Shown here: positions 59,094 through 64,000 of the stretch, one piece after another
Numbering within the stretch: position 1 is the stretch's first letter
Layout: the number at the start of each line of letters is the position of its first letter
Assembly: GCA_963709345.1 (NCBI GenBank)
Contig: CAVPVX010000001.1
Span: 288,001 to 352,000, forward strand
Direction: 5' to 3'
Source of the DNA: an uncultured Actinomycetes bacterium
GTDB taxonomy: Bacteria > Actinomycetota > Thermoleophilia > UBA2241
DNA: 64,000 nucleotides
Notes under the pieces: generated by a model
Seen by the model: the letters and a program-made list of their open reading frames with translations, nothing else
What the model was told of the DNA's origin: nothing
The model's database searches: none
Position numbers and translations under genes: made by a program

Positions 59094-59705
59094 ATGCCTG
59101 CAGCCACGCCCCGCAACCCCACCGATACCGGCGTGCCGGCCGAGCGCTGGCCGGCCAAACTCGTGGGGAGACGGCTGCGCGAGGCGCGGCGGACCCGCGG
59201 ACTGACGCTCGACGACGTCGCCGGCCAAGCCGGCTTCACCAAGTCCTTCGTCAGCGCCGTGGAGCGGGGTGAGACATCGCCGTCGATCGGCTCGCTGTAC
59301 CGCATCTGCGAGGTGCTCGGCATCAGCATGTCGGCGCTCTTCGAGACGGTCGGCGCGCCTGAGAGCAACGTGGTGCGACGCACCGATCTCAAGAGCACCT
59401 ACTTCGGCGGCGAGGGTGTCGTCAACTACATGCTCTCGCCGCGTGCGGAGCGCCGCGCGCAGGTGATCGAGACCCACATAGCGCCCGGCGGCTCGCCGGG
59501 TCCGGAGCCCTGGTCACACGCCGGCGAGCTGGTCATGGCGACGGTGCTCGAGGGAACGGTCGAGTTCCGCTTCGGCGAGCGCAGTACGACCCTGCAGGCC
59601 GGCGACACCATCAGCTACTCGCCGGCCGACCCGCACTCGTGGGGCAACCCGGACGATGAGCATCCGGCTGTCGCGCTCTTCTTCGAGGTTCCGGCGGAGT
59701 ACTGA
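59094..59705 (+). CDS. XRE family HTH-cupin regulator
   Basis: LREARRTRGLTL..VA, S.VERG..SPSI, cupin H.G.E...GD......PH.W.N. Confidence 0.93.
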   Translation: MPAATPRNPTDTGVPAERWPAKLVGRRLREARRTRGLTLDDVAGQAGFTKSFVSAVERGETSPSIGSLYRICEVLGISMSALFETVGAPESNVVRRTDLKSTYFGGEGVVNYMLSPRAERRAQVIETHIAPGGSPGPEPWSHAGELVMATVLEGTVEFRFGERSTTLQAGDTISYSPADPHSWGNPDDEHPAVALFFEVPAEY

Positions 59706-59730
59706 GCCGCCGAGCCGGGGCCAGGCCGCG

Positions 59731-60495
59731 CTAGCCGCCCTCGGACGCGGCGAGAGCCCTGTACACCATCTGCCGCGTATCGGCGATGTGCTCCCGCATC
59801 GTCTCGGCGGCTCGGACGGCGTCCCGGTCGTGCACCGCCGCGATGATCCACTTGTGAAACGCGTGCACGTCCTCGGCGCGGTGCTCGTGGAGCGCCTGCT
59901 CCACCGGCAGGAAGAGCTCTCCCCGGACGGCGATCATCGCGGCCTCGAGGCGCGGGCTGTGCGCCGCCAGGGCGAGCGCGTCGTGGAACTCCACGTCCCA
60001 GCGGAACAGCGAATCGCGGGTCTCGCGGTACATGGCATCCGCCGTCTCGATGCGGCGCAGCTCTTCGGCCGAGCGCTGCTCGGCCGCCAGGGCCGCGATG
60101 CGCGTCTCCACCGTCGTCCTGAACTCGAAGATGTCGTCGAGGTCAGCTGAGTTCCAGCGCATCCAGTCCGTCCAGCAGCGTAGCAGCGTGTCCATGTCGC
60201 TCACGCGGGAGCCGCCGTACGCACCCTTGCTCGTCTTGAGGTACCCGGTGGCCTCGAGCGCCTTCAGTCCCAAGCGAAGGGTGACGCGCGAGACACCAAG
60301 TCTCACGGCGAGATCGCGCCCCGGCGGCAGCCGGTCGCCGGGCCGGAGTTGACCGGAGAAGATCAGCGAGCGGATGTAGCGCGCGGCACGATCGGCCGCC
60401 GACTCCGCCAGCAGCGTGGCGGAGGACCACTCCGGGGAATCGGACACGTCCCCGGGCGGAGTCGTCTGGGTGGTCTCTGCCGAGTCGTCAGCCAT
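59731..60495 (-). CDS. GntR/FadR family regulator
   Basis: LRPGDRLP...LA..LGVSR.TLR, FCD domain D.EFH...H...M..HI. Confidence 0.92.
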   Translation of the reverse strand: MADDSAETTQTTPPGDVSDSPEWSSATLLAESAADRAARYIRSLIFSGQLRPGDRLPPGRDLAVRLGVSRVTLRLGLKALEATGYLKTSKGAYGGSRVSDMDTLLRCWTDWMRWNSADLDDIFEFRTTVETRIAALAAEQRSAEELRRIETADAMYRETRDSLFRWDVEFHDALALAAHSPRLEAAMIAVRGELFLPVEQALHEHRAEDVHAFHKWIIAAVHDRDAVRAAETMREHIADTRQMVYRALAASEGG

Positions 60496-60667
60496 CGCCG
60501 CCAAGTCTACCCGTTTGAAGCCGGCAGCCGGAAGAGAGCGCCGTCAAGAGCGGGGGCCGCGCGTCGCGCGGCCGGACGCCAGAGAGCCGATTCGATTCCT
60601 CCGACGTGGGTACACGCAGTCGGGAAGCGTCCAGCTATTCCCTTGGGAGGCTTTCTGCACATGACCG

Positions 60668-61171
60668 ATGGGAGCAACGAGCCGCGGCTCAGCGACGCTG
60701 TGGGCGAGCACGGAGGGCTTGACCGACGCCGTCGCGGCGCTGCGGCCGAGGCGATCGAGGCAGTCCGGCCGGACGGGGCCGTCGCGGGAGATCGAGTGGC
60801 TCGCTTCGGCCCTGCCTCCCGCGCTCGCGAACGAGACCGTCATGAGCCTCGTGTAGATCAACCTGTGGGACAATGCCGTCACGTGCACGTCCCCGCACCC
60901 GCGAGCCCGCATCGAGATCGGGGCCCGCAACGGCGCGGACGCAGCAGTCTACCGGGTCCGCGACGACGGGGTGGGGTTCGACCCGGCCTACACGGACAAG
61001 CTCTTCGGCGTGCTCCAGCGGCTGCATCGCAACGAGGTGTTTGAAGGCACCGGCATCGGCCTGGTCACGGTCAGAAGAGCGATCAAGCAGCTCGGCGGGC
61101 GCACCCGGGCGGAGGGGGCCGCGGAGGCCGGAGCGACCTTCTACTTCGCGCTTCCACGAAGCAAGGGTTGA
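60668..61171 (+). pseudogene. Histidine kinase HATPase remnant
   Basis: V*INLWDNA (TAG 60854-60856), RDDGVGFD, FEGTGIGL, GATFYF; no H-box or sensor domain. Confidence 0.75.
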
Positions 61172-61232
61172 CCCGGAGGCATGGCGCGGCGAGCGCCGTG
61201 ACCGGTTAGCCTCGGGGTAAGCTCATGCGCAG

Positions 61233-63080
61233 ATGAAGACCTTCTGGCGCATCCTCAAGCTGCTCGGCGACTACAAGTGGCTCACCTTCGTGGGCTTCAC
61301 GCTCGCTTTCGCCCAGATGGGCCTCGGGCTGCTCGTGCCGCGCATCATCCAGCTCACCATCAACAACGCGCTGATCGGCGGCGATACCGGGCTGCTGGTC
61401 ACCTACGGTCTCGCTCTTCTCGGCATCGCCTCGGCCCGCTTCGTCGTCGCCGTCGGGCGACGGCTGGCCAGCGGCAAGGCGAGCCTCGGCATCGAGTACG
61501 ACCTGCGTAACCGCATGTGGAGCCACCTGCTCCGACAGTCCTTCGGCTACTTCGATCGCTGGCCCACCGGGCAGCTCATGAGCCGGATCATGAGTGACGT
61601 CCAGAACGTGCGCATGTTCCTCGGCTACGGCATCGTCTTTTTCGCCACCAACATCGTGATGATGATCGCCGTGGCCGCGATACTGCTTCTGCTCGACTGG
61701 CGGCTCGGGCTGATGTCCCTCGCCTTCCTGCCCTTCTTGCTGCTCGTGACGGTGCGCTTCAGCCAGCGCCTGCAGCCGATACTCAAGGACGTGCAGCAGA
61801 GGATCGCCGATGTGACGGCGACCGCTGAGGAGAACGTGGTCGGCAGTCGCATCGTGCGCATCTTTGCGCGCGAGGATGACGAGCTCGAGAAGTTCAGCAG
61901 TCGCAGCTACAAGGTCTTCGAGGCCAGCGTCGCGGCGGCGCGTACCCGGGCCGTCTACATACCGCTGATCGCGTTCATTCCCAATCTGGCTGTCGCCGTC
62001 CTCCTGTACTACGGCGGCCGACAGGTGATCCAGGGTCAGCTGAGCCTGGGTGCGCTGGTCGCCTTCTACAGCTACCTGATGATGCTCGTGTATCCGGCGC
62101 AGGTGATCGGCTGGCTCACCGGTCTGGCACAGCGGGCGATCGCGAGCGGCGAGCGGGTCTACGACGTCTTGGACTCGCCCCTTGAGATGACGGAGCGGCC
62201 GGGCGCGAAGCCTCTGGTCGGGCCGCTCGGCCTGCCGGCGGAAGAGGGCGCCGGGCCGGCAGGCCCCGCCGGCACCGTCACCTTCGACGACGTGTGGTTC
62301 AGCTATGTCGACAGGCCGGTGCTGCGAGGCGTGAGCCTCGAGGTGCCGGCCGGCCGCACCCTCGCGCTTGTCGGCCACACTGGGTGCGGCAAGACCACGC
62401 TGACCAACCTCGTGCCGCGCTTCTACGACGTGAGCGCCGGCCGCGTCCTCATCGACGGCCAGGACGTGCGCGACCTGCGGACCGCCGATCTGCGCGGCCA
62501 CATCGGCATCGTCACGCAGGATCCCTTCCTCTTCAGCGCCTCGATCGCCGAGAACATCCGCTTCGGACGGCCCGAGGCGAGCGAAGAGGATGTGCGGGCG
62601 GCGGCGCGTACCGCGCAGGCCGACGACTTCATCGAGGCACTCCCCGAGGGTTACGAGACGGTCGTCGGCGAACGCGGATTCACGCTCAGCGGCGGCCAGC
62701 GCCAGCGCATCGCGATCGCGCGGGCGCTCGTCATGGACCCGCGCATCCTCATACTCGACGACGCCACCAGCAGCGTCGACGTCGAGACCGAGTTCAGGAT
62801 CCGGGCCGCGCTGACGGAGGTGATGCGCGGCCGCACGACCTTCATCATCGCCCATCGGCCCTCGACCATCTCGCTGGCCGACGAGGTCGTGGTGCTCGAT
62901 CACGGCCGGATAGAGGAGCGCGGCACCCACGAGGAGCTGATGGCGGCGGGAGGCCTCTACGCGCACATGTTCGGCGACGCGGAGCGCGCCGGTTGCGACC
63001 TGGATGTCGTGGCGGCGGGCGAGTCCGCGGCGGAGGCCGGCGGCGCGACAGGCCCGGCCGGCTCGGGGAGCGCCGCCTGA
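61233..63080 (+). CDS. ABC exporter, fused TMD-NBD (subunit A)
   Basis: TM domain, GHTGCGKT, LSGGQRQR, LDDATSSVD. Confidence 0.95.
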   Translation: MKTFWRILKLLGDYKWLTFVGFTLAFAQMGLGLLVPRIIQLTINNALIGGDTGLLVTYGLALLGIASARFVVAVGRRLASGKASLGIEYDLRNRMWSHLLRQSFGYFDRWPTGQLMSRIMSDVQNVRMFLGYGIVFFATNIVMMIAVAAILLLLDWRLGLMSLAFLPFLLLVTVRFSQRLQPILKDVQQRIADVTATAEENVVGSRIVRIFAREDDELEKFSSRSYKVFEASVAAARTRAVYIPLIAFIPNLAVAVLLYYGGRQVIQGQLSLGALVAFYSYLMMLVYPAQVIGWLTGLAQRAIASGERVYDVLDSPLEMTERPGAKPLVGPLGLPAEEGAGPAGPAGTVTFDDVWFSYVDRPVLRGVSLEVPAGRTLALVGHTGCGKTTLTNLVPRFYDVSAGRVLIDGQDVRDLRTADLRGHIGIVTQDPFLFSASIAENIRFGRPEASEEDVRAAARTAQADDFIEALPEGYETVVGERGFTLSGGQRQRIAIARALVMDPRILILDDATSSVDVETEFRIRAALTEVMRGRTTFIIAHRPSTISLADEVVVLDHGRIEERGTHEELMAAGGLYAHMFGDAERAGCDLDVVAAGESAAEAGGATGPAGSGSAA

Positions 63081-64000
63081 TGGCCGCCGCCCGCCACAGC
63101 CAGCGCGACGCCGGGGCCAGCCTCGAGGAGCTGCGCGGCTGGCGCGCCTTCGTGCATCTGGCGCGGGAGCTGAAGCTCGCCCGGCTCGCGCGCCTCGCCT
63201 ACCCGTATCGCCGCCGCGCCGCGCTCAGCATCGTCGCCATGCTCCTCGTGACGCTCAGCGGACTCACCGTGCCGTACCTGCTCAAAGTCGCCATCGACGG
63301 CGGCATAAGCGCCGGCGACGTCGACGTCCTCACCTGGGTGATCGTCGCCTTCATCGGCGTCAGCCTCGTCAACCTCGGCGCCAGCTACCTCCAGACCTAT
63401 CTGACGAGTTGGGTGGGCTCGCACATCATCTACGACCTGCGGCGCCAAGTGTTCGCGCACTTGCAGAAGCTGAGCCTCGACTTCTTCAGCCGCCAGAAGA
63501 CGGGCTGGATCGTGAGCCGACTCACCAACGACATCGACGCCCTGGACCAACTCGTCACCGAAGGCGTCACTTCGCTCATCACCAACTCGCTGACCTTCCT
63601 CGGCGCCATCGCCTTCCTCTTCATCCTTGACTGGCGACTCGCCCTGGCGACCCTCACGATCATGCCGCTGTTGATCGCGGCAACGCTCGTCTTCCGCTCC
63701 CACTCGGCGCGCGCCTACGCCGAGGTGCGCAACAAGATCGGGGACGTAAGCGCCCACCTGCAGGAGTCAATCTCCGGCATCCGCGTACTCAAAGCCTTCC
63801 GCCGCGAGGCGAGCGACTACGAGCGCCTGGCCGTCGCCAACGCGGCCTATCGTGACGTCAACATGCACACCGTCGTGCAGAGCGGGCTCTACTTCCCGTT
63901 CGTCGAGTTCATGTCGGCCACCGCCGTGCTCATCGTGATCTGGTACGGCGGCAGGCTGATCGGCGGCGACACGCTCGAGATCGGGGTCCTGGTCGCGTTC
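63080..64000 (+). CDS. ABC exporter, fused TMD-NBD (subunit B; 3' end outside window)
   Basis: TGATG coupling; YDLRRQVFAHLQKLSLDFF...GWIVSRLTNDID; open to the window end. Confidence 0.9.
   Translation, partial: MAAARHSQRDAGASLEELRGWRAFVHLARELKLARLARLAYPYRRRAALSIVAMLLVTLSGLTVPYLLKVAIDGGISAGDVDVLTWVIVAFIGVSLVNLGASYLQTYLTSWVGSHIIYDLRRQVFAHLQKLSLDFFSRQKTGWIVSRLTNDIDALDQLVTEGVTSLITNSLTFLGAIAFLFILDWRLALATLTIMPLLIAATLVFRSHSARAYAEVRNKIGDVSAHLQESISGIRVLKAFRREASDYERLAVANAAYRDVNMHTVVQSGLYFPFVEFMSATAVLIVIWYGGRLIGGDTLEIGVLVAF

Noticed and set aside
60854-60856. In-frame TAG in the kinase fragment as possible pyrrolysine, given mttB nearby
   Set aside because: The position corresponds to the conserved Trp of V-W-x-N-L; the fragment lacks an H-box; mttB itself has no TAG and no pyl genes are visible

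Overview
High-GC bacterial DNA. The gene content and the many apparently leaderless genes suggest an Actinomycetota member, possibly an anaerobic Thermoleophilia-like lineage (inference). About 75 genes or gene remnants are recognisable. I saw no rRNA, tRNA, CRISPR array or intact mobile element. Main blocks: (1) a redox cluster at 1.6-5.2 kb (glutaredoxin, rhodanese, ABM-like protein, Cys-less peroxiredoxin-like protein, two rubrerythrins); (2) several ABC and MFS exporters and oxidoreductases; (3) msrB, tag, xpaC-telA; (4) an ArsR-ferredoxin-FmdB module divergent from osmC and a methyltransferase; (5) a type II fatty-acid synthesis operon headed by an ECF sigma/anti-sigma pair; (6) an amine and amino-acid catabolic region (agmatinase-like, non-pyrrolysine MttB, flavin oxidoreductase, aminotransferase, tyrosine phenol-lyase) with four regulators. 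Most notable: a TetR regulator carrying what looks like the zinc-ribbon/HTH N-terminus of an IS1595 transposase, between mttB and a collapsed corrinoid-protein gene; and two probable C-terminal UGA-recoded selenoproteins (GGG-U-SI* and GYG-U-GC*), each followed by a SECIS-like hairpin and truncated by the ORF track. Several single-base frameshifts suggest assembly indel errors or recent gene decay. All family assignments are from motif recognition by eye, not from database searches.
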